Positions 53,464 through 61,739 of a DNA stretch of 64,000 bases are shown here, in pieces. The notes under the pieces were generated by a model. The model did not search any database, was not told the DNA's origin, and worked only from the letters and a program-made list of their open reading frames with translations. Position numbers and translations under genes: made by a program. The DNA comes from Escherichia phage kaaroe. The stretch lies in the sequence record MN850574.1; one strand, written 5' to 3'. Position 1 is the stretch's first letter; every line of letters starts with the position of its first letter.

Positions 53464-54162
53464 ATGCATACAATGGTTAAAATGGTCTTCGGATCTCACT
53501 TATACGGCCTTGATACTGAAAATTCCGATAAAGATTATCGTGGTATCTTTGTTCCGACTGCGAAAGAAATTATCTTAGGATCGATGAAAGAACACTATGA
53601 TCAAAGCACTAGCGGTCAAGGGATCAAGAACACCAAAGACGATATTGACGTTAATATGTTCAGTCTAAAACGGTTTATCAATCTGGCATGTAAAGGCGAT
53701 ATCGGCGCTATTGACATGGTGCACGCTCCTAGTAACATGTTGATTGAATCCTCCAGAGAATGGGAATACATCCGAACACATCGCGATAAATTCTATCATG
53801 TTGGTATGTGGGGTTTGTCTGGTTATCTCAAGAAACAGGTAGCCAAATCTGAAAAGTATTTCAGTAACTGGAAAGATCTTTCTCATGCTCTGCGTGTTGG
53901 TTATCAGCTACTTGAAATCTATCAGACAGGTGATTTACAATTCCCGCTCGCGCGACGTTCTTCTATTTTAGCGTGTAAGTTAGGAGAAAGAACCTTTGAT
54001 AATGTGCGGGAAGAATTGAAAGATCTCTACGAGCGTGTTAAACACGCTCGTGAAGAGGCAAAGAAAAACGGTATGCCGGAAGAACCAGATGTTGACTTTT
54101 GGAAAGATCTATTAGAATATATTCATCTGACAGTTGTTCTGGAACACTATACCCGTGGTTAG
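53464..54162 (+). CDS. putative nucleotidyltransferase-fold protein (pol beta superfamily)
   Basis: N-terminal FGSHLYGLDTENSDKDYRGIF matches the G[GS]-x9-13-D-x-D signature. Confidence 0.5.
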   Translation: MHTMVKMVFGSHLYGLDTENSDKDYRGIFVPTAKEIILGSMKEHYDQSTSGQGIKNTKDDIDVNMFSLKRFINLACKGDIGAIDMVHAPSNMLIESSREWEYIRTHRDKFYHVGMWGLSGYLKKQVAKSEKYFSNWKDLSHALRVGYQLLEIYQTGDLQFPLARRSSILACKLGERTFDNVREELKDLYERVKHAREEAKKNGMPEEPDVDFWKDLLEYIHLTVVLEHYTRG

Positions 54163-54183
54163 TTAATATAGGAGATTAAGAAA

Positions 54184-54378
54184 ATGCAAGTTTATACCAA
54201 TAGTAATAAAGGACAAGATATTACGCCCGGAAAGATGTATGTTTTTACCCCGGCACGAGACGACGAACATCCACCGACTATCGGGTATATTGAAGATGAT
54301 GTGGGGTTTCGTATTACGATCCTTCTTGATGGTGGATGTTCTCATCTTCGCGGTGATAAATGGGAGTTAGTACCATGA
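54184..54378 (+). CDS. small protein, paralog family 1 (GCSHL motif)
   Basis: shares DGGCSHLRGDKW-type motif with the next two ORFs. Confidence 0.5.
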   Translation: MQVYTNSNKGQDITPGKMYVFTPARDDEHPPTIGYIEDDVGFRITILLDGGCSHLRGDKWELVP

Positions 54379-54620
54379 TGTATGTGATGACACCTTATAG
54401 TAACCGCAAGTATATTACACCAAATACACTGTATGAATATACACCACATGAAAGATTTGCGAATAGTGGTTATATCCGTGATGATAAGGGACACCAGATT
54501 TTTATTTGTCTTAAAAATTGTGCACACTTAGACGGTCGAACATGGACACTGATCGAAGAACCAAAACAACCTGAGAATAAAGGTCTTTGGAACGCAATTA
54601 AAAAAATCTTGAAAAAGTAG
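54375..54620 (+). CDS. small protein, paralog family 1
   Basis: ATGA overlap with previous stop; NCAHLDGRTW motif. Confidence 0.5.
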   Translation: MMYVMTPYSNRKYITPNTLYEYTPHERFANSGYIRDDKGHQIFICLKNCAHLDGRTWTLIEEPKQPENKGLWNAIKKILKK

Positions 54621-54649
54621 TTGACACAACAAAACGGGGGTAGTAATAT
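54621..54649 (+). promoter_or_regulatory. early promoter module TTGACA-17-TAATAT with spacer hairpin GGGGGTA...TACCCCC
   Basis: read directly. Confidence 0.6.
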
Positions 54650-54680
54650 ACCCCCATCGAAACAACAAAGGAGTATTAAA

Positions 54681-55016
54681 ATGAGTGTTAAAGAAGTGTT
54701 TGTTTATACCGACTATGACGGGTGCTCCTATCTCACTGCTGGAAAACTTTACCGTTGTGAGATTATTCATGGTACGCTAGGTCGAATTATGTGCGATCCT
54801 ATTACAAAATTGTGGAAAAATAATCCTAGTGAGCGAGAAACTCTTATTAACCTAGATCCAGACGGTTGTTCACATTTGGACTATAGAAAATGGCATATCG
54901 TGACACATGATGCTTATGGTATTCATCTTGCTACTAAAGAATTAACTATTGACAAGTTCAAGTTTAAAGAAATCCCGTTTGTATACTGGATTCGCAATTT
55001 GTTTAAGAAAGGATAA
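54681..55016 (+). CDS. small protein, paralog family 1
   Basis: DGCSHLDYRKW motif; start set at ATG after promoter. Confidence 0.5.
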   Translation: MSVKEVFVYTDYDGCSYLTAGKLYRCEIIHGTLGRIMCDPITKLWKNNPSERETLINLDPDGCSHLDYRKWHIVTHDAYGIHLATKELTIDKFKFKEIPFVYWIRNLFKKG

Positions 55017-55020
55017 TAAA

Positions 55021-55443
55021 ATGGAAACAATTAACGTACATGTTCGCCGTAGTAAGCTGCGTAGATTCTTCGAAACCGAAATGCGCAAAACCAATGCGAA
55101 GATCAAAGAAAAGTGCTTGAATGATGGTTATGGTGAGTATATTTTCATTCGCTTTAGTCCGCATATGATCGACCGTCTAACCGATCGTCATATCGATGAA
55201 CATAAGACAATGGAACTATTCAATAAGATAGAAACTCGTTTGCCGGAGATCTTCGACTTCCTGAAAATGGAAGACCGACCGAATCGATTAGAAATTACTG
55301 ACGGTAACATGTGGATCGGGATGACAGTAGATCTAATCGAAGAGGGTAAGCCATATCACGGTCTATGCTGCCGAATGATTATAGAGAATCCAAAACGACT
55401 GGCGGGTAAAATGTCGGCGGTTGTTTTGAAGGTAGACCAATAA
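55021..55443 (+). CDS. hypothetical protein
   Basis: 141 aa, start at internal ATG of track ORF. Confidence 0.5.
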   Translation: METINVHVRRSKLRRFFETEMRKTNAKIKEKCLNDGYGEYIFIRFSPHMIDRLTDRHIDEHKTMELFNKIETRLPEIFDFLKMEDRPNRLEITDGNMWIGMTVDLIEEGKPYHGLCCRMIIENPKRLAGKMSAVVLKVDQ

Positions 55444-55466
55444 TGGAAATTGGTTAAAAATAATGC

Positions 55467-55495
55467 TTGACTTTCTGGTGATAGGGCTATATTAT
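55467..55495 (+). promoter_or_regulatory. sigma70-type promoter TTGACT-17-TATTAT
   Basis: read directly upstream of the transglycosylase gene. Confidence 0.5.
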
Positions 55496-55529
55496 GGAAT
55501 CAGAAAGTTAAGCCAAACAGGAGAAATTA

Positions 55530-56120
55530 ATGTTAAAAGTTCTAAAAGCGATAGTATTGAGTCTGTCACTAGCCGTTGGTGCTACACACGCATCGACTAG
55601 CGCACCGATCAAAAAAGCGCCGATAGACAACTTTACACCACACCAACTAGATAATTTACATTTCGCCTATCAATACGGCGAGCAATTCGAGAAAAGCGGT
55701 AAGTTGAAAAAGTACCATCCGAATATTCGCTATAACGGAAAGGGTTTAGGTCACATCCTGGCGGGTATCGCATGGCAAGAATCAAGCGCGGGTGCAAACT
55801 TAGCACCAAAGAAAAATCATCATGCTTATGGATTATTTCAAAATTACCTTAAAACGGTGAAAGCGAAAAATGAAAAGCGCGGTGTTAAAATGAGTGATCG
55901 CCAGACTATCAACTTTATCATGAATCGCGAGGTTTCTGCATTCTACGCGATGGATGAGTTAGCATACTGGCTGGATATTCGAAACGGTAATATCAGACTC
56001 GCGCTAGCTTCTTACAATGCTGGATGGAACTATAAAGCCGGATTAGGTTATGCTGATGACGTACTAAAAAAGGCTAACCATCTAAAGAGTAAAGGCATTC
56101 TTAAGACTAAACGCTATTGA
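55530..56120 (+). CDS. secreted lytic transglycosylase (SLT domain) with signal peptide
   Basis: N-terminal signal peptide; E-S (AWQESS), GLFQ and SYNAG motifs of family-1 lytic transglycosylases. Confidence 0.75.
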   Translation: MLKVLKAIVLSLSLAVGATHASTSAPIKKAPIDNFTPHQLDNLHFAYQYGEQFEKSGKLKKYHPNIRYNGKGLGHILAGIAWQESSAGANLAPKKNHHAYGLFQNYLKTVKAKNEKRGVKMSDRQTINFIMNREVSAFYAMDELAYWLDIRNGNIRLALASYNAGWNYKAGLGYADDVLKKANHLKSKGILKTKRY

Positions 56121-56127
56121 GGAATAT

Positions 56128-56487
56128 ATGAAAAAGTTGACAATAATTGCTATGATTGCTATGATGTTCTCTGCTGGTGCGCTTGCTAGTAATGAGCGCC
56201 CTTATCCAAAGTTCGAATACAAAGGATTTGAGATCAACAAAAAGATCATTAAAACTTTCTGTGATGATGATAACATGTGTAGTGATTTTATCGCGCTCGA
56301 ACTTGATGAAGCATACAAACAAGGTCGAGACGAAAAACGAAAAAATCGAGCGTGGGATCTGAGTATTGCCAGCTTTGCTAAAACAAAACGTAACCTGTGT
56401 GATACTGCCCCTGATAAGCAATTATGCTTTGCTTATCGCGACACACTGTTAAGCCGTTTTATGGCTGGGTTGTCTTCCCGTGACTAA
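56128..56487 (+). CDS. secreted/periplasmic Cys-containing protein
   Basis: signal peptide MKKLTIIAMIAMMFSAGALA. Confidence 0.5.
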   Translation: MKKLTIIAMIAMMFSAGALASNERPYPKFEYKGFEINKKIIKTFCDDDNMCSDFIALELDEAYKQGRDEKRKNRAWDLSIASFAKTKRNLCDTAPDKQLCFAYRDTLLSRFMAGLSSRD

Positions 56488-56502
56488 TGTGAGGTTTATA
56501 TT

Positions 56503-56958
56503 ATGATTATTGATACTGTAAAGGGCGATCTCATCGCCCTGTTTAAACAAGGAAACGGTCATTTAATTCATGGTTGTAATTGTTTTCATACTATGGGCGC
56601 TGGTATTGCTGCGAAGATCGCGAAAGAGTTCCCGCAAGCGTTAGAGATTGACAAGCAAACTTCTCGCGGTAAGGTCGAAAAGCTGGGTGGGTTTAGTGTC
56701 TGGACGCATCAAGTTAATGGTTATAACTGGTGCGGGGTGAATCTCTATACCCAATTCCGACCGGGTCCAAATGCTGAATATGGTGCTATCCTGAAAGGAT
56801 TTGAGTCTCTCAATGATGTTTTTGAGGGTGCTATACAGCCTTTCTATATTCCTAAAATCGGTTGCGGTATCGGTGGCCTTGAGTGGGAATGTGTAGAAGA
56901 GATCATTAATATTGCTACTCCAGACATTAACATTGTGGTGGTTGAATATGACAAATAA
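56503..56958 (+). CDS. macrodomain protein, TARG1/DarG-like (ADP-ribose binding/hydrolase)
   Basis: motif LIHGCNCFHTMGAGIAAKIAKEFP matches the TARG1/OARD1-type signature (H-C-x-x-x-C-x-M-G-x-G-I-A...F-P); 151 aa. Confidence 0.7.
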   Translation: MIIDTVKGDLIALFKQGNGHLIHGCNCFHTMGAGIAAKIAKEFPQALEIDKQTSRGKVEKLGGFSVWTHQVNGYNWCGVNLYTQFRPGPNAEYGAILKGFESLNDVFEGAIQPFYIPKIGCGIGGLEWECVEEIINIATPDINIVVVEYDK

Positions 56959-57142
56959 AAATGATCTATATTCCGGTGATTGGGTGAAACGTCAGTCTGT
57001 AGAAAACGTAACTTGTTTTCGTTGTTTCATTGAATACAATATAAAAACCGCTCCTGTTAGTGTTCCAAAGACAGACGGGTATTATATTAAAGAACCGCAT
57101 TGCCCTAAATGTAAATGTCGATTATATTGGAGTCATCTATGA
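56948..57142 (+). CDS. small Zn-ribbon-like protein
   Basis: CxxC...CxxC pairs; start moved to internal ATG. Confidence 0.45.
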   Translation: MTNKNDLYSGDWVKRQSVENVTCFRCFIEYNIKTAPVSVPKTDGYYIKEPHCPKCKCRLYWSHL

Positions 57143-57357
57143 AGAAGCCTAATACCGCTCACATGAAGGAAAACTGCCGATGTGGTAGATGTGGTTGGCC
57201 TATTATATTCACTTGCTGTAACGACGATATGCAGCGTTTACCGTGGGGAATGTGGGATTGGTGGATGTATTGCAGCAATAAAGGTTGCGACCATCATGAA
57301 GGCGAAGGAGTCTTTCAGGAAACGCCTGATTGGGTGGAGGTGATAGAAAATGCTTGA
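57139..57357 (+). CDS. small Cys-rich protein
   Basis: CRCGRCG...CC...C..GC; ATGA overlap. Confidence 0.45.
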   Translation: MKKPNTAHMKENCRCGRCGWPIIFTCCNDDMQRLPWGMWDWWMYCSNKGCDHHEGEGVFQETPDWVEVIENA

Positions 57358-57643
57358 GACTATCATTAATCTTGTTGTGTGGACTTTTATTTTCGTTATT
57401 GTTATTATGGCGGGTATAGAGATTGTAAAACAATATCTATTGCAATCTCGAAATAAACATGTTGTGATTGATATGGACTCGCAAGGCAATAAGTTGATCC
57501 GGTTAGAAGATGGTCGGGAATATTGGGTTGGATATCCTAAAACGCTAAAAGGGTTTATCCTTGCCATGAGCATTAACATCTTTTTTATTGGTATCTGGAC
57601 TTATATCGGTTTAGGTCTTGCTGGATTTTTGGAGATTAATTAA
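57350..57643 (+). CDS. small membrane protein
   Basis: 97 aa, two TM helices. Confidence 0.45.
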   Translation: MLETIINLVVWTFIFVIVIMAGIEIVKQYLLQSRNKHVVIDMDSQGNKLIRLEDGREYWVGYPKTLKGFILAMSINIFFIGIWTYIGLGLAGFLEIN

Positions 57644-58239
57644 TGGCGCAATTATATTTCTACTATGCATCTATGAACGCTGGCAAATCAACTTCTCTGT
57701 TACAAAGTGCTTATAACTATACCGAACGTGATATGCGAGTATTAATTCTTAAGCCAGCGATTGATAATCGAGATTCAGAAAGTGAAGTTGTTTCCCGAAT
57801 TGGTCTAAGTGCTCCAGCGATCACCTTCACTGAATCGGATGATCTTTTCGACTTGGTTTATCGTGAATCGTTAGGTAAGCGTAGACCAGATCGCTGGCGT
57901 CCTGATGCTGTATTTGTAGATGAAGCCCAATTTATGACTAAAGAGCATGTTTTAGGCTTGTGTGCGCTTGTTGATGATGCAAATATCCCTGTACTGTGCT
58001 ATGGCCTTCGCACTGACTTTCAGGGCAATCTATTTGAAGGATCTGCGGCATTGATGGCATTTGCTGATAAACTGGTCGAAATGAAGGGTATTTGTCATTG
58101 TGGCAAGAAAGCAACAATGGTCCTTCGTGTAGATAAAGAGGGTAATGTTATTCGCGATGGTGCTCAAATCGAAGTTGGTGCAGAGGATAAATATGTTTCT
58201 GTGTGCCGTAAACATTTTATTGATGGCACTACCAACTAA
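57643..58239 (+). CDS. tk: thymidine kinase
   Basis: YFYYASMNAGKST P-loop, FVDEAQF, CHCGKKAT Zn-site motifs. Confidence 0.95.
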   Translation: MAQLYFYYASMNAGKSTSLLQSAYNYTERDMRVLILKPAIDNRDSESEVVSRIGLSAPAITFTESDDLFDLVYRESLGKRRPDRWRPDAVFVDEAQFMTKEHVLGLCALVDDANIPVLCYGLRTDFQGNLFEGSAALMAFADKLVEMKGICHCGKKATMVLRVDKEGNVIRDGAQIEVGAEDKYVSVCRKHFIDGTTN

Positions 58240-58266
58240 GAGTTAATCATAAATAAAGCCCCAGAT

Positions 58267-58274
58267 TATAAATA
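58267..58274 (+). promoter_or_regulatory. T4-type late promoter motif TATAAATA (plus strand)
   Basis: exact motif about 34 nt upstream of ATG 58308. Confidence 0.45.
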
Positions 58275-58307
58275 TAACTGAATATTTTAAATCTGGGGGA
58301 ATGACTT

Positions 58308-58610
58308 ATGTCATTTATTCGTAAAACTCTAACAGCGGCAATATGCTTGACTGCGGTCGGAAGTGTCAGTGCTGATCAATATGATCCAACTGGTGACTTT
58401 ACTGATTATTTCGACGGTGCAATGATAGTATATGTAAACAAAATATCTCCTTCCATTGAAACCAGCCAGAAATTTCATGCCCATATTATGAAGATGTATG
58501 CTCGTAGTAAATGTATGGATTCTAAGCAGTGTTTTATTATGGGGGAATATGCCGCACAACAGTTTGTTATGTTGCATAATATGGAGAATAGAGAACATGA
58601 AATTCATTGA
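58308..58610 (+). CDS. secreted protein with signal peptide
   Basis: MSFIRKTLTAAICLTAVGSVSA leader. Confidence 0.5.
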   Translation: MSFIRKTLTAAICLTAVGSVSADQYDPTGDFTDYFDGAMIVYVNKISPSIETSQKFHAHIMKMYARSKCMDSKQCFIMGEYAAQQFVMLHNMENREHEIH

Positions 58611-58995
58611 TTTTCTAAAGACGTCCGAAGAGGGGAAAGCTAATAAAGTTGACCGCTTTATCGGTGAATGTCTGATGAGTGTTACTTATATGCATTCTGC
58701 GCATTTTGGGGTAACTGGTCCTAGATCTTATGCAAAACATAAGGCTCTAGAAGAGTTCTATCTTGAAATGCAAGAATTGGTTGATGATTTCACTGAAACC
58801 AATATTGGGATCACTGGTCGTTATCAGCCAACGTTGGTCGTCCGCAAGGAGATTAGCGAAATTGCCTATTTGCAAGAGTTAACGCAAATGGCTAGTGAGA
58901 TTTATAATGATGTTGATAGCTCGTTACAGAGCGTTTTAGACGATATCAAAGCTCTATGTTTTAAAACAATTTATAAACTCACTCGACTGTCTTAA
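58597..58995 (+). CDS. hypothetical protein
   Basis: 133 aa; start at internal ATG overlapping previous stop. Confidence 0.45.
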   Translation: MKFIDFLKTSEEGKANKVDRFIGECLMSVTYMHSAHFGVTGPRSYAKHKALEEFYLEMQELVDDFTETNIGITGRYQPTLVVRKEISEIAYLQELTQMASEIYNDVDSSLQSVLDDIKALCFKTIYKLTRLS

Positions 58996-59228
58996 TGTTA
59001 GTCACCGTGGGATGCATACCAGAAGTAAAAGAATACTAGCATTAACACAACTATTTGGCTTCCTCATACTTTCGCGTGTTCAATTACTGCCGAATCGGAA
59101 GACCCGTCTAAGACGAGGAAGGGTTATCATTGGAAAGGGATGGTGAATTGGTTACTATGTTTAACTAGTTTAGCAAAGGTCGATTCAAACACTACTATAC
59201 AAATGGACGTGAATAAAATATAATCAAA

Positions 59229-59256
59229 AGCCATCCGAAAGGGTGGCTTTTTCGTT
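59229..59256 (+). terminator. rho-independent terminator
   Basis: hairpin AGCCATCC-GAAA-GGGTGGCT plus T-run. Confidence 0.7.
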
Positions 59257-59264
59257 TTTAGGTG

Positions 59265-59293
59265 TTGACAACCGGAATAGGGTATATCATAAT
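59265..59293 (+). promoter_or_regulatory. early promoter module TTGACA-17-CATAAT
   Basis: read directly. Confidence 0.7.
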
Positions 59294-59322
59294 GCACACA
59301 TCGACAACAAAGGAGAATCAAA

Positions 59323-59478
59323 ATGATTAATCCAGTAGCCGCAGCACTTGCTTCCGAAGAAACTTTGAAGTATATGGTAGAACATGCAGCAAAGAAAGGA
59401 GAAATTGTTGCTGCCGATGAGATCGTAGAAACCATGCTCCGCGATCCGAAGGGTAACACCGCAAAGTTTTTTCGGTGA
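59323..59478 (+). CDS. small hypothetical protein (51 aa)
   Basis: RBS AAAGGAGAATCAAA, below track cut-off. Confidence 0.4.
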   Translation: MINPVAAALASEETLKYMVEHAAKKGEIVAADEIVETMLRDPKGNTAKFFR

Positions 59479-59522
59479 TCATCTTAAACTGGCTTACAAA
59501 ACCATTATGGAGACCGTGAAGA

Positions 59523-59861
59523 ATGCAAAATGATGTGATTGAAATTATTATGAATCAATACCGAAACCGGATTTGGTCTGGACGTATCAAAGAAGAAAAG
59601 GCAAAACGGATCATCGAAAAATATGCTGAAAAGACTAAGCAAGCGCCAACGGCTAACAGAGTTATGATTCTTAAATGTCTGGTGCTTTCCGGTGACGATA
59701 TGCCTATTGATGCAGAGACAGCCACCGATTTTCATAAGACCTATCGCCAGTGTGATGTAATTTTTACTTCTGGCTTCGGTAGTTATGACTCTATTATGTG
59801 GAATTTAATGCACCTTGACTCAACGATCTGGGATGTGCTTTCAGAGGAGGGTTACAAATGA
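59523..59861 (+). CDS. hypothetical protein
   Basis: 112 aa. Confidence 0.5.
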   Translation: MQNDVIEIIMNQYRNRIWSGRIKEEKAKRIIEKYAEKTKQAPTANRVMILKCLVLSGDDMPIDAETATDFHKTYRQCDVIFTSGFGSYDSIMWNLMHLDSTIWDVLSEEGYK

Positions 59862-60208
59862 ACATTGACATTCAACGACTAATTGATCACCTTCATGCGG
59901 GAATACCTTATCATGGCGACGTTACCCGCGATATTCTTGATGTGTTGGAATATACCCAGCAAGTGATCAACGAAAAGCAAGCATTAGAATCACGGATCGA
60001 CGAGGCAATAGGAAATATTGCAACCGAAGATGAATTAGATAATCACTTTGGACCTGTTCTTGATGCTCTTATGGCTGCGCGTGATACCAAACTGAAACAG
60101 GATAAACAAGAATTTATCCTTGATGGTTTAGCTCGTTATCACAATGCAATTGATATTATGAATAACCAGCATGATTATGCTATTAGTATTTTGCGAGGTC
60201 TGGCATGA
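59858..60208 (+). CDS. hypothetical protein
   Basis: 116 aa, ATGA overlap. Confidence 0.5.
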   Translation: MNIDIQRLIDHLHAGIPYHGDVTRDILDVLEYTQQVINEKQALESRIDEAIGNIATEDELDNHFGPVLDALMAARDTKLKQDKQEFILDGLARYHNAIDIMNNQHDYAISILRGLA

Positions 60209-60489
60209 AAGACACAAACGAATTTAACGGTATTAAGGTAAGCCCGAATTTTATTGTTCCATCACTGGTGACTAAGCTGAATGGTCATATGGTCGCTTTG
60301 TCTTCCACACCGCCAGAATCAGGAAAGTTTATCACTATCGTAGTTTATGCGGGGCAAATTTTCTCTCATGATTGCTGCATGAAAAATGGTCAGTTGATGG
60401 TTGCAAATTATGACTATGGAGACCTTGAATGGGAAGTTTTAGATCTGGCTAAAAGTGCTGAAATTCTGGGCTATATTCGATTAGTTTAA
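60205..60489 (+). CDS. hypothetical protein
   Basis: 94 aa, ATGA overlap. Confidence 0.5.
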   Translation: MKDTNEFNGIKVSPNFIVPSLVTKLNGHMVALSSTPPESGKFITIVVYAGQIFSHDCCMKNGQLMVANYDYGDLEWEVLDLAKSAEILGYIRLV

Positions 60490-60506
60490 AAATTTCTTAG
60501 AAAGTG

Positions 60507-60535
60507 TTGACAGCGATCCGGTGTTATTGCATAAT
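60507..60535 (+). promoter_or_regulatory. early promoter module TTGACA-17-CATAAT
   Basis: followed by CATCGAAACGAGATAC and RBS. Confidence 0.7.
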
Positions 60536-60576
60536 ACACCCATCGAAACGAGATACACTTTCTAGGAGAATCAAAA

Positions 60577-60798
60577 ATGGCAACTGTTAAAATTATCAAA
60601 TCTTCCGCTGGTTTCGGTTTCATGCGTGGCGCTAAGTACCCGATGATTATTGAAAACGTTGCCATCGAAGATGGTATGGCTAAAGTAACCAGCCGTCAAT
60701 TGTTCGAAGCGGGTGTTAAAACTGCTGAATCATGGGCGCTTCGCTATCCTAACAAAACATGGTCTTTCTTCCTGGATGGTGAAGCAGAGGTCATCTAA
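60577..60798 (+). CDS. small protein, paralog family 2 (xKIIxxxGFxFMxGxKxPxIIE)
   Basis: shares N-terminal motif with ORFs at 62924 and 63140. Confidence 0.5.
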   Translation: MATVKIIKSSAGFGFMRGAKYPMIIENVAIEDGMAKVTSRQLFEAGVKTAESWALRYPNKTWSFFLDGEAEVI

Positions 60799-60816
60799 GT
60801 AATATTATCAATCAAT

Positions 60817-60839
60817 GCCCCTTAATTGGGGCTTTTCTT
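60817..60839 (+). terminator. rho-independent terminator
   Basis: hairpin GCCCC-TTAATT-GGGGC plus TTTTCTT. Confidence 0.6.
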
Positions 60840-60852
60840 GTGAGGAAATTTT

Positions 60853-61638
60853 ATGGCAATATCTTCTGGATGGGTAGGATCATCTGCTGTGTCCGAGACT
60901 GGTCAACGGTGGATGAGCGCCGCAATGCAAGCTGTACGCTTAGGTCGTCCGGCGTATATGTCGGCAATGGTCGGACGCTCTAAAGAGATTCATTATAGCA
61001 TTGGTGCTAGTAACTCTTACAATAAAGACACTCTTATTAACTGGATGAAAGCACAAGGATCTACTCCGGTAGTAATTACTATCACGGGTAATATTGTTTC
61101 CCAATCTACTGGCGTTCCTTGTCTTGATTTCCCTAGCTCACTGACAAACGAATATGTAACACTCATTATTAACTCTGGTGTTCATGTATTAGGTCGTGGA
61201 GGAAATGGCGGAAGTAACTCTGCTGGTGGAGCAGGAGGAAATGCAATAAATAACGGAATTGGAACTCGTTTAAGAATAAACAATAATGGTATTATTGGTG
61301 GTGGCGGTGGTGGCGGTGCTGGTGCTAGATACAATCCTTTCCCTCAAATGGATATGAAATTTGGCGGCGGTGGAGGCCGTCCATTTGGTGCTGCGGGTGC
61401 GGCAGGAGGCGGCGCAGCGGCAGCATCTGCTGGTACAATTTCTGCCCCAGGTAAAGGCACTGTTTCTGGGGTTCATTATGGAGGAGATGGTGGAGATTTG
61501 GGAGCTGCTGGCAAATCTTCATATATTAAAGGTGGTACTGGTGGAACTGTTCACTCGGGTGGTGCTGCGGGTAAAGCTGTTACTGGTAATGCCCCTCGCT
61601 GGGATAAAGTAGGCACGATCTACGGTGCTCGCGTGTAA
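60853..61638 (+). CDS. glycine-rich protein, gp38-adhesin-like (polyglycine motifs)
   Basis: 261 aa; conserved-looking N-terminal domain followed by runs GRGGNGGSNSAGGAGGNA, GGGGGGGAGA, GGGGGRPFGAAGAAGGG. Confidence 0.6.
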   Translation: MAISSGWVGSSAVSETGQRWMSAAMQAVRLGRPAYMSAMVGRSKEIHYSIGASNSYNKDTLINWMKAQGSTPVVITITGNIVSQSTGVPCLDFPSSLTNEYVTLIINSGVHVLGRGGNGGSNSAGGAGGNAINNGIGTRLRINNNGIIGGGGGGGAGARYNPFPQMDMKFGGGGGRPFGAAGAAGGGAAAASAGTISAPGKGTVSGVHYGGDGGDLGAAGKSSYIKGGTGGTVHSGGAAGKAVTGNAPRWDKVGTIYGARV

Positions 61639-61644
61639 TTTTAT

Positions 61645-61671
61645 GGGCTATCCTTCGGGGTAGCCTTTTTT
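61645..61671 (+). terminator. rho-independent terminator
   Basis: hairpin GGGCTATCC-TTCG-GGGTAGCC plus T-run. Confidence 0.7.
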
Positions 61672-61682
61672 GTTTTTGGGTG

Positions 61683-61710
61683 TTGACAAAGATAATCACA
61701 ATGCTATAAT
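61683..61710 (+). promoter_or_regulatory. early promoter TTGACA-16-TATAAT
   Basis: read directly. Confidence 0.7.
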
Positions 61711-61739
61711 GCACGCATACCAACTAAGGAGAATCAAAG

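Noticed and set aside
58996-59228. tRNA gene in structured non-coding DNA (also checked 48101-48248)
   Set aside because: No canonical T-loop (GTTCGAATC-like) or D-loop motifs and no acceptor-stem/CCA geometry visible; retained only as candidate small-RNA regions.
59127-59459. 110-aa minus-strand ORF
   Set aside because: Overlaps a plus-strand terminator, promoter and small gene; hydrophobic low-complexity translation; no RBS.
61270-61612. Antisense and alternate-frame ORFs within the glycine-rich gene
   Set aside because: Generated by GGN codon repeats; the sense frame has a proper RBS and terminator context.
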